The notes beneath the pieces are model-generated. The model worked only from the letters and a program-made list of their open reading frames with translations, was not told where the DNA came from and did not search any database. 64,000 nt of DNA from Phoronis australis (lineage: Eukaryota; Animalia; Phoronida), in contig NMRA01000669.1 in NCBI GenBank assembly GCA_002633005.1, positions 93,054 to 157,053 on the forward strand. The letters are read 5' to 3'. Shown one piece after another: positions 37,001-49,000 of the stretch. Made by a program: the position numbers and the translations under genes. Position 1 is the first letter of the stretch; each line of letters begins with the position of its first letter.

Positions 37001-40000
37001 ATCGGCGCTTCATACCGTTGAACCTGTGCACGCGCAGCATCGCGTGATTAAGCGTCACTGTGGGTCCGAAAGTCACCATTAAATGTTCATTTGTAGTTCT
37101 TGCTCAGGAATTTCAAAACTGTTATGTACTTGTGGAATTGGGAAAAAATTCGATCAAAATTCACTTTCGAACCTCAACCGACAGGTACGCAAACCCTAAA
37201 ATTCGAGGCCCTGCATCCCCACATGTGAGGCCAGGCGCGCCCATCTGCCGAAATTCTGGTTATTCTTGTGCCTTGCCCCCCCTAGCTCAAAATCCTGGAT
37301 CCGCCCCTGGTCTGTTCATTATTTATAAAATTTGTTAATATGATTAGAAGGTGGCGAGTACGGCCGTCATCGTAGCGCCGCTTTTGTGTTTGGTCGAAAC
37401 ACGATTCCTTGAAATGTGCCGAATAAAGTGTGGCTCCCAAATGAATCGCATGTTCCACAGTCCAAACTCTCGTGCGGCGCACAAACCGATGACATTTCTG
37501 TGCAACTTTCACGCATTTAGGAAATTTGAACATATAGACGTTCTCAGTGAAGTTGTTTTTATTACATCCCCCACAAACGCACCTTTTTGTGTTTGAAAAA
37601 GGCGGCTTTCTGAGGACTTTCATCACAACTCCTCAGTGTCGCCAAATAAATCTTTGCTATCGCAGTGGTAAAAACAACGAAGGCGGAGACGGTCGTCCAC
37701 CCATTATGTACAACCTCGATACTATAACAGAAAAGGTTTGTTTTAATTTCTGGCTTGTTTCTTAGGAAGAGGTATACTAAAGGCTTTTAAATCCCTTAAG
37801 ATGCATTAATAGAATTCTTTGTGGACACAGAGTCATGGTGGGAATACTTCAATATACGAAGACTCACCTTTCTGGCCTATGCCATTTCAATAAGAACAAG
37901 TCATGATTTAAAATACTAAGTTGCTGCACGTAATTTGGACTCACTAGATTTTTTATTCGCCGCGAGACAGCTGTTGGTCAGGCAGTGTTGGCTTACGTGA
38001 AGAGTGACGAATCCACAGTCTTCAGAGATGTTTATCTACAGTTTTGTTTGGAGTTCATTGAATCAAAGCTTCTAACACATGGAGATGTCATTTGCCTTTC
38101 AAAACTAAAGCAAGATTTTGAAAGTGTTCTTCAGAAAGCTGGTGTGCATGAAGTTATTTGGACAGGCAATCACCAGTGTGCGGTGCTGTACCCTCTCTAA
38201 TCGACCATAGTTGGCTCCTTGGCGGTGGAGCTTTGCAGTTAAAATGTATGGCAATGTCCACATCTGCATTGACAGTGCTAAACGATGAACGCTGCAAGTG
38301 CAAACAGAACATGTGTGATGGGAAACTTGAGTTTGTGCTGCAATGCTGGGTCAAACTGTACAGAAATGTGCAGCTGTGACAACTGTAGTAACATCAGCAA
38401 CACTGACTGCATAACATTGGATAGTTCTTTGACAAGTCAACACTAAATACACCTCCAACCCCGTTATTTCGTTTTTTTTGTATTAAAAAGTTAATTTTAT
38501 TTGTTCATTAAGTCATAGAAAGTACATACTTTGATCATTGTCATGTATTTGTCTCATACTGCTTGATAAACGCTGTCAGAATAATCTATTATTTTCATAC
38601 AGTCTGTGTGCACATTCACAGCTACAGAGATCATTCAACTACATTGTTTTTGTACTATAACGCATTTCTGGTGTATTATGCAAACACCATTAGTCAATGT
38701 TTTAGTCATTGAGGCACAAATTCTGCCCAGTCTCAAGTGTTTTGTGTTATTTTTGTTGCCAGACAATGCCAGAATAACTTCCTAGTAACATTCAGACTTA
38801 GTTTGCATTTTTGCCACTAGGTGTCTCTTTACATTTTTTAAATTTCACTGTTTACAATTAATCTACAATAGTAAAACATGTAATGTGAGTGTAATATTGT
38901 TCAATACAATGGCACTGATGGGACCATATTACTTGTTTTACAAAAAANNNNNNNNNNNNNNNNNNNNNNNNNNNNNNNNNNNNNNNNNNNNNNNNNNNNN
39001 NNNNNNNNNNNNNNNNNNNNNNNNNNNNNNNNNNNNNNNNNNNNNNNNNNNNNNNNNNNNNNNNNNNNNNNNNNNNNNNNNNNNNNNNNNNNNNNNNNNN
39101 NNNNNNNNNNNNNNNNNNNNNNNNNNNNNNNNNNNNNNNNNNNNNNNNNNNNNNNNNNNNNNNNNNNNNNNNNNNNNNNNNNNNNNNNNNNNNNNNNNNN
39201 NNNNNNNNNNNNNNNNNNNNNNNNNNNNNNNNNNNNNNNNNNNNNNNNNNNNNNNNNNNNNNNNNNNNNNNNNNNNNNNNNNNNNNNNNNNNNNNNNNNN
39301 NNNNNNNNNNNNNNNNNNNNNNNNNATCGCTTGGTCCACGATGACGTCCCACACTCTCGTTCGGCGCACGAAGTCATGCCACTTCTGCGCAACTTTGGTG
39401 TCCTTCGGAACACCGAGACGTTTTCCGCCTTGCTGCTGTTGCTGCAGCCTCCGGAAACACATCTTTTGATCCCTCTACGAACCTTCTCGACGCTAAATGT
39501 ACTTTGCATTCTCTTCACTCTATAGACTTTGTCTATGATCCGAACGGTATGCCGAACGACCTGGGTTCAACCCATGACGTTGTACATAATTATTATTTTT
39601 TTCAATTTTTGCGTGTATCTTTATGAGCTGTGCACTAAAGGCACTGAAATCAAGTAAGATATAATAATAAAATTTATTTTGAGGTACTAGAGTCATGTTG
39701 TGTACACTTTAATGTAAAAACATTCACACAATCGCGGTACATATAATACATGTATACATTCCAAGCACATTTTCCGTCTGCAGTTGGTCATACCCATGAG
39801 TAATTTGCTTCCGAAACCATGGGAAACGCCCTTGCCGACTTTCGATCCTGTGACTGCAACTCCTTTCCCATTTAAGCTAAATTCACGCTCAAGGTTATAA
39901 ATCGGGGTATGGAATAGTTGCGGCTCTGGCCAGGAATATTTACCGCAGTGATTAACATAACCGTGAACATAGTTAAATAGTATGACATTCGCTGAGTCAC

Positions 40001-43000
40001 TACAGGGCACAATAGGACGATGGTCAGGAACGTAGTAATCAAATAAATCAAAACCAATCTCCCGGCCACAGGTGCTTTTGATGTGGCAATCCTTGTGTAC
40101 AGTGTCTATGTCAGGTTGAAACCAATGAATTTAAATTAACAAAATGACCAGTATTCCATCCTTAAATTCAACTCGTCATTAAGTGTCTAGACGTGGGGTT
40201 CATTCGTTTATTTTGCAGTCAACCGTTTTCGTTTCGTCTTTCATAATTTCAAGATTTGCAGTCCAGCCTACTGGTTTTGAACTCCGGGCAACAGCTTTTG
40301 AAGTCCGGCCAATTGTTGATTCCCCCCTTGTGTAACAAGTTCATTCAAGAATAGCGTTTTTATAACTGTCAAAACTTCGTCACGGTACATTTGAAATAAA
40401 ACTTAATCGCCTTCTTGTAGACAAAGTATTGAATTGGGTTGTTTCACCGACGATACGTTTTTCAAGTATAGCTGCACCGACAAAAACGCTGATAATTTTT
40501 TACGGAGCGTCAGTTTAACACGCTAAGATATGTACATTGTATGATCAGACTCCCCGTTTTAAAGTAAGTTAACACGATATTCAACTACCTATGAAGCCCC
40601 GTTGAAATATTTGCATATGATTTTATAATTTATTTACAGAAAGAATTAAAATAACGACAAATCTGAAACCGCACAACAGTTTGATCAATTGAGAATTGTT
40701 CTATAGGCTGTTGTCAATGTAATCTGCATGCGTGCACACGATTACGTTTTGAAAGCGTAGGGAAATTTTCTAGGAGGGGATATAAATACACAGCAAATTA
40801 CGAAATAATGGCTTGCTCAACAACGACAAATCGGTCAGAGTATCAGCACCATTGTTACGACGGGGCGTTAATCACTTGACTGTCTCAAACGCACATTATG
40901 AGTTGCTACTCAGTGAATAACTGCTGTAATTAGCATAGGGTCTCGATCCATTTGAACTTTTCAGTTAAGGTGAAAATTAAAAGGAATTAGGTTTATGATT
41001 GTTGGTCATCTTTTCGTGGAAGGACATCTTTTCGTGGAAAAGAGAGAGAATCAAACGCACAGATGCATTATACCGGCTACTCCACGATGTCAACGTTCGA
41101 TACGATAAGCAATCAAGCGTACGTATGTGTCGAGCAAGGGTCGCAGTAATGTGAAATTTGAAGATTCATGAATATTTATTGCATTGTTGTACTTGTGACA
41201 CCTTAGGTCAATGACCCAAGTACAATATGCACGCAGTTACTCATTATTCCACCAACGCAATACCGCCAACCGGTGCTAGCATACACGTAGACAATCAAGG
41301 GTGATGTGCTTTAAATACTTGTTTTTAAGGTGACTGTAACCTGCCTTCCATCGAAACTACCGGTTGACCACTTACCGCTATGAAACTGATCCCAACTTGT
41401 CCCTGTCTCAGGTGAAAACTGGTTTCTGGGTTTGAGGAAAACGACCATCGCCCTGCTCTTATTCAACGCGCACTTTTGTTAATCTACGCGTAGTTTTCCT
41501 AATCAATGCGCACTTTTAATCAGTTCACATAGTCCAGTCACCCCCTATTTTTAGCGCGCCAGGCCGATTTTGGCAACTGAACAAAGGACTGCTGGAAAAA
41601 AGTTTGATTACGGGAGTAGTTGTTCGAGTTGTAAGGAATTAATGACATCGACGGCCTCCTAAGGTGTCCCTCTGTGCACAAAAGGTACTTATAGCAACGT
41701 AACTTTGATGTTTTAATCAGTGTGGGCATAATTCGCCAAAACGCTTCCGGCTTCCTTTGCACCCAAAATCACACATTGATTTACAAAAATGGTTCCAAAT
41801 GTTCCCATTTTTGTGAAAAGTTTCACATACTTGAGGTTTTACAGGCTAAACGATTTCAGGGTTGTAATAGTCACTGACGAAATTTAAAGTGGCGTAACAC
41901 ACAAATTTCGGCCTTTACATTTAGATTTAAAAATAAATTGTTTTCCCAAAAGTAATAACAGGTCAAGCAGCAATTCTAATTCGTTGCCTATAGCAAAGGT
42001 TACTGTTCTGTAGGAGAGCTTCTGTCTTCATGCCTAGTGGCCTATTTATGTTTTTCATTCTGAACATTACACCGCCGATTGAAAAGACACCTACCACGTG
42101 TATTCTCCCATCCTGTTTCCATGGACCACAGCTTGCGCCGCCTCAGCCTCAGAGGTTTGACGTAATTCTTACCCGTAATCAAAATCGCGAACGCTGTCAA
42201 TGCATTGTGTGCATAGGAGAGAGATGAATACGCTACGTTTAGGCTTTGACAGAGCGGTCAAAGCCTGAAGGCAACATAAACGTCCACATTTCACTCCCTT
42301 TTGGCAACATGGATATTTTGGACGTCCACGTAAGTTAACAGTGCCGTTAACAGCATTCTAATGATGTACAGTTAATCAGGGATTATAGAGTAATGCAATA
42401 AAAAATAAAGACATCTCTTGACGCACATTTCGACGGTACTTCTGGGTCGTTTTCCATCTGCATGCGGGCACGAATTGGGCATTACGAACGCATGGGATTT
42501 TACAAAGCCCTGGGATGTGGTAGCCAGCTTAGAATAAAATATTAAATTGGATTCCTTCCCATGACCGACCGTGAACTATCTGCACGACTCAAAATGTTTT
42601 ATTGGCATCATCATAAAAGACGCGGAAATTACTCTGCAACAACATTGCAATTGGCATTATTAGTGAACTAACATGATTGTCTTGAACGCAATGCGAGACT
42701 TGTTTTTCTAAATATAAAGTCCAATACGGCAACTCCTTATATAACTTATTTGGGTTAGAATTTTAACTCTACGTCTAGATGCAATGTATTCAACAAATTA
42801 TCATAGCGTTCGTGAAGAAATAACTTTGAACACAGTCTAAGTAAACAATAACAATATTAAATTACTATTATTGTAAATTTTCTCTTTTACTCACACTACA
42901 TCTCTCCCCGTCTTTAGCTTTGAAACTTATACCGTGAACCCCACTCTCTTGATTCTCCATTACGGACACGTCGACGTCTAGGATTAAATGACCTCTGAAC

Positions 43001-46000
43001 AAGTATAAATAAGAATATAAACACTAACGGCCAGAGGGCTTCGCGAGTCTGGGTCAACAAAGCCGGGACTGGGCCCATTTATATAAAGATATAGCTAAAG
43101 CTTCACAGCGTAAACTGTCACGCCAGGCTTTAGTTTCCGGTTCAAACAGAACCGGACCGTTTCCGCCCGAGACGGACACTTCCACTAGAAGAAAAATGCT
43201 GTACGTGTCGCTCAGATGGGTGTCTTTTTCCGAGACCAGTTTTTCTCAAAAAGTTCCTTTTCAGATAAAATTCCCTGCGAACGTGTGCTTTTTCTGTTTT
43301 GGATTACCTAGAAATGGATTTTGTTTGCGAGAGGCCAAAGTTATCTCAAACCTTATTTAGTAGCCTCCATTCTAACTCGTATATCAAAATATAAGCTTTG
43401 TCAACTGGCAAAAGTACATATTTTCTGAAAGAAAAAAGATCAAGGAATATAAAATATGTTTTATATTTACGTACCATTGTTATTATTGCGTTACCACCTA
43501 TTTCAATCAAAATTTCATTTTTAAGAGAGGTACATTCATAGCGAAATAACCTCTCAGTCCATTTCAATGAAACCTTTTTTAAATTAAAACTTCACCACTT
43601 ACCTAAAAAATTATGTTAGGAATTTTCAGCTAGTCTTTTAGCTTGGTTTGTATCACAGATCAACTCGCAAAGCGTAAGGTATTTTCGTCTTTGTTGCTAT
43701 ACAAAAACTAGGCATTCATGTCGAAAATCCTAGTAGCGTTTTTGAGACTCATGTATAAAGTATTCAGGTTGGAAAGTTTCAGCGAAATCCACTGAGCCGT
43801 TTTTCGAGAACTCGTGTTCCTAAGTTCAGATTAAGTCGATTTGCCAAAGCCGAGAAAAAGCCGATTAAAGTGGGACGAGTGAAAATCTCAATATCTTCGG
43901 TTAATTAAGTTCGGTGAAAACTTGTTTTCGGTAAATATAACCTATACATGCCTTAACCATGTTAGCTATTTCAACATTCACTCGCAATGTCAACTGAATT
44001 TGCAGTGCGTAATCAACTCAATTATTGCTAAAAGGTCAAATTTTGCCGTCCCCAGCCAAGAGGTGGGATCAACTGTTGACCTACATAAAAGTAGGTCAAC
44101 AGTTCATTGTTGGTACACACCACGCGCCGGGAGACTAATACGAAACCTAATAATAAATAGTGGTTAAAGTACGTCGTTAGCACTAGATCGAAACAGCGAA
44201 ATGTCAAACTACCTATCGAATTCAGGAATTTGGGAGAGGATTTATCTCTTTTCACAATTTGCTGTATTCGTGTTCACGGATCGAGTCTCAGTGGCGTCGG
44301 GCGACTCGGAGCATTTGTTCTCAACGGTCGTATGCATGTATAGACGTACAACGCCCTCAGGATCAAAACCGCGTTTTGTCTTTGTTTTCCCCTGCACCGT
44401 TCTATTATATGTACATCTCGTTGACTCAGTATTGTGGCGACTTGGTGAATGAAAGGATTGAGGGTACATACAAAGCTGCTCTGTACCTGGACGGAGATTC
44501 GATTTGAGTGACATCCCTGTAACCTTTGACTTCGGATAAGTAGTAAACAAATATTCACACGGTTGTGCGGTTCCAAGGTGATTCTGCTGATTTTTTCTAG
44601 CAACACGGCATGCATTACTTGAAGTTCCCGAGATGGATATAAGGTATTTTGCTAAACAATAAGTGAAATATTGTAAAAATGGCCAATTTTTGTGAATAAG
44701 GCTTGGGATATTCTTGAATTCACATGTTTAGTTCATATTTCAACTACAGTACAAAAATATACACAACGGTTTTGAACTTTATCTATATTTTGAAAGTTCA
44801 CTAAGATGCACGCGTTTTTTTACTGTTTTGACGCCTCTTCTTGTTGAGTTGAAATGACGGCAGTCTAAGAATATGTACGAAATGGTTAAGTTTGTGGAAT
44901 TAATTCCCACAGAATCGTTCTGTTTCTTATATAAAACAATGCTCTGCAATTCTTCTCAACTCCCAAAAAGTTTGGAGCAAATTTGAAAATCCATGCAGTT
45001 TCTATGAAACCAGAAACCGTGACAACGCTTTTGGTCAACACAACTGTGGCAGAGAAGGGCCACCCATGAAGAAGCGCAGGGTTCATTTGGGAGCAGCAAG
45101 AAGTTATGTTTTGTTGAATCGCGATGTTATCGACTATAAGGTCGTGTACTAGCAGAACTAGAATTGCTTTATCACGAAAACACGGCTTAGGGTCACTTTA
45201 AGTCACTTCCTTTTTTCTGCTTGTGTGTCTTCCAGTTTCCGTGTGTTCGGTGAAAAATCAGCGTTACAGCTTCGTGCTAAAATCCCAATCTACCGCAATA
45301 TTCCAAAAAAGTGAGCATTTGTTTCTCACATGAGAGTTTGCTTCGTCTCCAGCTACTATAAATTCTGAAAAATTGAACTTGCATGGCCCCCTTCCGAATC
45401 CCTCCGAATTATGTAAGCTGCATCTGCAACAATTTACAAAATACTACAAACTGATAGAAATCTGAGAATGGTTGAGTTGTACATTTCCTTACAGTATGTG
45501 TTTTCCGTATTAACTTCCTACCAGATACTACATTGTCCCAGTTACCACTATTGCCCAACCGTACCGAATCAACAACGTAATTTCCTCAATCCAACAACAA
45601 CATTTCATCGGAGTTTGCTTGAGCAGTAATATGAATGCTACACAGGTGCTATAATTGCGAATAATGGCCAACAAACTAAGCAGAGCAAATAGCGAGGTCT
45701 ACAGCAATAAAACACTTTATGTCAATTCGCTTCATTTGACATGTGGCACTGGCAAGGAACGAGTTGACTCGAACGCGGCGTAACTCTTATGTGTAAATAG
45801 AAATTGACAGCGAACCAGTTGACACCGCGACGTCAACTTTATAATAAGCAGTTATAGACGCGACTGCGCGATCCACCATATAAAAAGCGGAAATCTGATT
45901 TCGGAGTTTAAACGCCGAATGGCAAATTATTGTACAAAATGTTCTCGACTTCATGTCCGAGCTTTAGCTCACTTAATGATGTTACCTTTAAAATGGCAAC

Positions 46001-49000
46001 ATGTACAAATGAGAATTGTCTACAGACTGTTACTAACACTGAATATCACAAACAGTGGCTAGAAATTCTGATTGATGCTGGTTTTGTGATGAAAAATTTG
46101 GAGGATATTTTTAATTTGTTTTTGAATGTTTTTAGGCAAAATTTTTTGGGGAAAGTACAGGGTGTCCACGAATTTAAGATACAGACTAAAATGCTTCTAA
46201 CTTTTTTGTTTTTTAAAATTTTGACTTTTTGTGTAAGATTTAAGGGGCTGACATGTTAAGAAATCCAGCCACCCATCAAGAATGTCATTCACCAAACAAA
46301 AGAAAATTTTCTGCATGGTTGAAAAAACTGAGAAAAACTCCTTCAAATATGCAATCGCTCTGTTTCGCCAAAAAACACGATCATAACGAATACCACACAG
46401 AAATACAGATCTATCGCTTGGTAAAGAAGTTTGAGATTGCAGGGACAATAAATGATATGAGGGAGAAGTCTCGTAGCAGAGTTGGCAGAAAACTCACTGT
46501 AAGATCTCCATAAAACATTGCTAGAGTACAAGAGTCACTGGCACGTAGTCCCAAGAAATCTCTAAGTTAAACTAGGAACGCTACCTGGAGGTTCACCTCA
46601 AGTTTTGGGAAGAATTAGGTGTCGGAAAAGGAGAAGAGGTGCAAGCAGGGAGGAGAGGAATATATAGTAGTTCCAGCAGGATGAGGTCACCCCTCACACA
46701 GCCACTGTGGACTATTTGGACAGCAAGTTCCCCTAATTATCATCTAATCAGCTGTAGATGCAACCCAGAATGTGCGCCTACTCCCGAGTCCCCCGTCTGA
46801 TCTGAACCCCCAGATTTTTACTTTTGGGGATATCTGAAGGGCAAGGTAAACAAGGACAACTTCAGGACCAGTCCAGATCTCAAGGAAGCAATCACCTGAG
46901 AAATCTACATGTACATGTAAGCTGCATCAAAGGAGGAGTGCTGCAAGGTCATGCATCACTTTGCTCGGAGAATCCAAGTGTGCCTTCTGCAGAACGACTC
47001 CCATCTAGAACATATTATCTAAATGATGATTATTCTGTAACCAAAGGAGCAGGAGAAATGTGCAAATACTAATTTGGATGCTTTCACTGTTATGGTTGGA
47101 TTTAGTGGGTGCAGCTTTAAACTGGATGTTTTATTACTTTAGCTAAAAGACATATTTTTTGCATCGAATACTGAACCTCTTACAATCAATCGCAATTTTT
47201 GAAGTTGAAATAACTTATTATTTCAAAAAGCTAAAAGTATACTTTCACGAAAAACTAAGGAAACTAAGAATATTTTGAAAATGAAAGAAAGAATTTTCAT
47301 AACAATTCTCTGGAATTTTAATTAGCTAATGTATGCACTTTGCGTGTCTGTAGTGTGTGAATGTCCGTCAGCCCATTGTCATTTGTAGCAGATATCTAGA
47401 TATTACCAAGTGTAACTTTTTGCGGCATTATGAATTAATAAAAAATCCATCGTCTTGTAGACATGTGACGTAATGCATAAGCATATCGATATGTAACCTT
47501 CGAGCTGCAGTTCACCCTTGCTTTGTTGTCAACTTTGATTTTTTAGTGGAAGCGCTTTGGAGTTCAAAAAAATTACCACGCTTACCCATCTCGAATTAAT
47601 ATCGAATGAGCTGGCAACTTTTTAATGTTTATTACGAAACATACAATGTACAATATAATAAGAGTTAGGCCCAGAAAGTGCTAGAAAACGTTCTACCGGC
47701 AACTCAAGCGGTAAACTGTAAAAGGCCTAAGACGATAGAACACCACTAGAGTGTGTCTAAGTTTGCATAACTGACCGTGTTTCTCTTGAGGCTACAAGAC
47801 CGAGCTTCAGTTACGCAACCTTTGCCTAGATCATATTGTGCAGGAGCTTTAGTGTATCAAGTTACATCACCACCCAAGACGTTTAGTATCCCGCTGAATG
47901 TTCGGTCTTGGCGGCCACAGAGGTTTCTACGTAATAAACAGTGTTAATCGTTTCAAGGGAAAAGTTGGCACTGGTTGACCATAAAATCTTCCACAAATTC
48001 CGTTTATTAGCATCATACCTTCGGTCTTCGGTTGTATCGTGAGCCTACGTGTACTTTTACAAAACGTTCAACTTTACCGGCCAGTTTTCATAAAAAGTTC
48101 CCGAAAGGAACACTGTTGGCGCGGTTAGGTTTACGTGCCATGGTCACTTACAGAAGTCCCGAATTTGAGAAGCAGTTTGATGCCCGTTATTCACTGAAGA
48201 AAACTGGGGCCCCTGTAAGTGACTTTTGCAGTTCTACGCACAGATGCCTTCCTGGTGATCCTAAGTTCCATTTTATACCCACACTACCAATTTAAAGTAA
48301 ATATTTGCTGCTCAACTACAATAGCAGTGCCATTTAACAGCTAGCTGGGCCTGTGGTAATTACGAAATGTTACACATAAACTCAGTTGGTCAAATTTATG
48401 TCCCTACTTTCCAAGTTGGGGGGCGTCAAAACACAACTGACTTAGTATGCCAGCGCATAGTGGTGAGAGTTGCCTTTTCAGCATTATTTTACGGTGAGTG
48501 AAAAGAAAAAAGGTTCTGCATTCCATGCACGTTTGCTTACGACCCCCTTGAGTCAGAACAATCATTCTACTGTTACGCGGGGTGGGGTGTAGACGCGTGA
48601 CATCTATTGGTGAAAAAAAGAAGTTGTCAACTCTTGGAAGCGGTCGAGGCAATCTCGAATGCATCGCCTGCGTTATCCTATACACGTGTCCAGTCTTCTT
48701 ATGTCGAGTGGTAACGACTTAAATTTTAAATATGGTATTTTTAACTGTGTGAGCGAACGGCAGGGACAACTACACGAATGGCCAAAAATGTCACAGGATA
48801 AGCCTGGAAAGGATAAACAAACTAAATTGCTGTATTGAAAGTGGTTCACTGCCAATCAAACAGCATGTCTCCTTATTTGGTATGGCAAGACATAGACGTA
48901 GCACATTTCCCGTATGGAAAATGTGACCCTTGACCTCAGGAGGCTTCAAGCAACTGACTATGCGCACATTTATCGTAAGTTGGACGGAGATTAGAAGCTC

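Noticed and set aside
38858-39518. Long ORFs of 164-205 aa in the ORF track
   Set aside because: Artefacts of reading through the N gap; only the THAP fragment is meaningful.
43865-45201. Kolobok-like element (TTAA-AGTG...CACT-TTAA) with overlapping short ORFs at 44200-44615
   Set aside because: The ends match over only a few bases and no recognisable protein motif could be confirmed.
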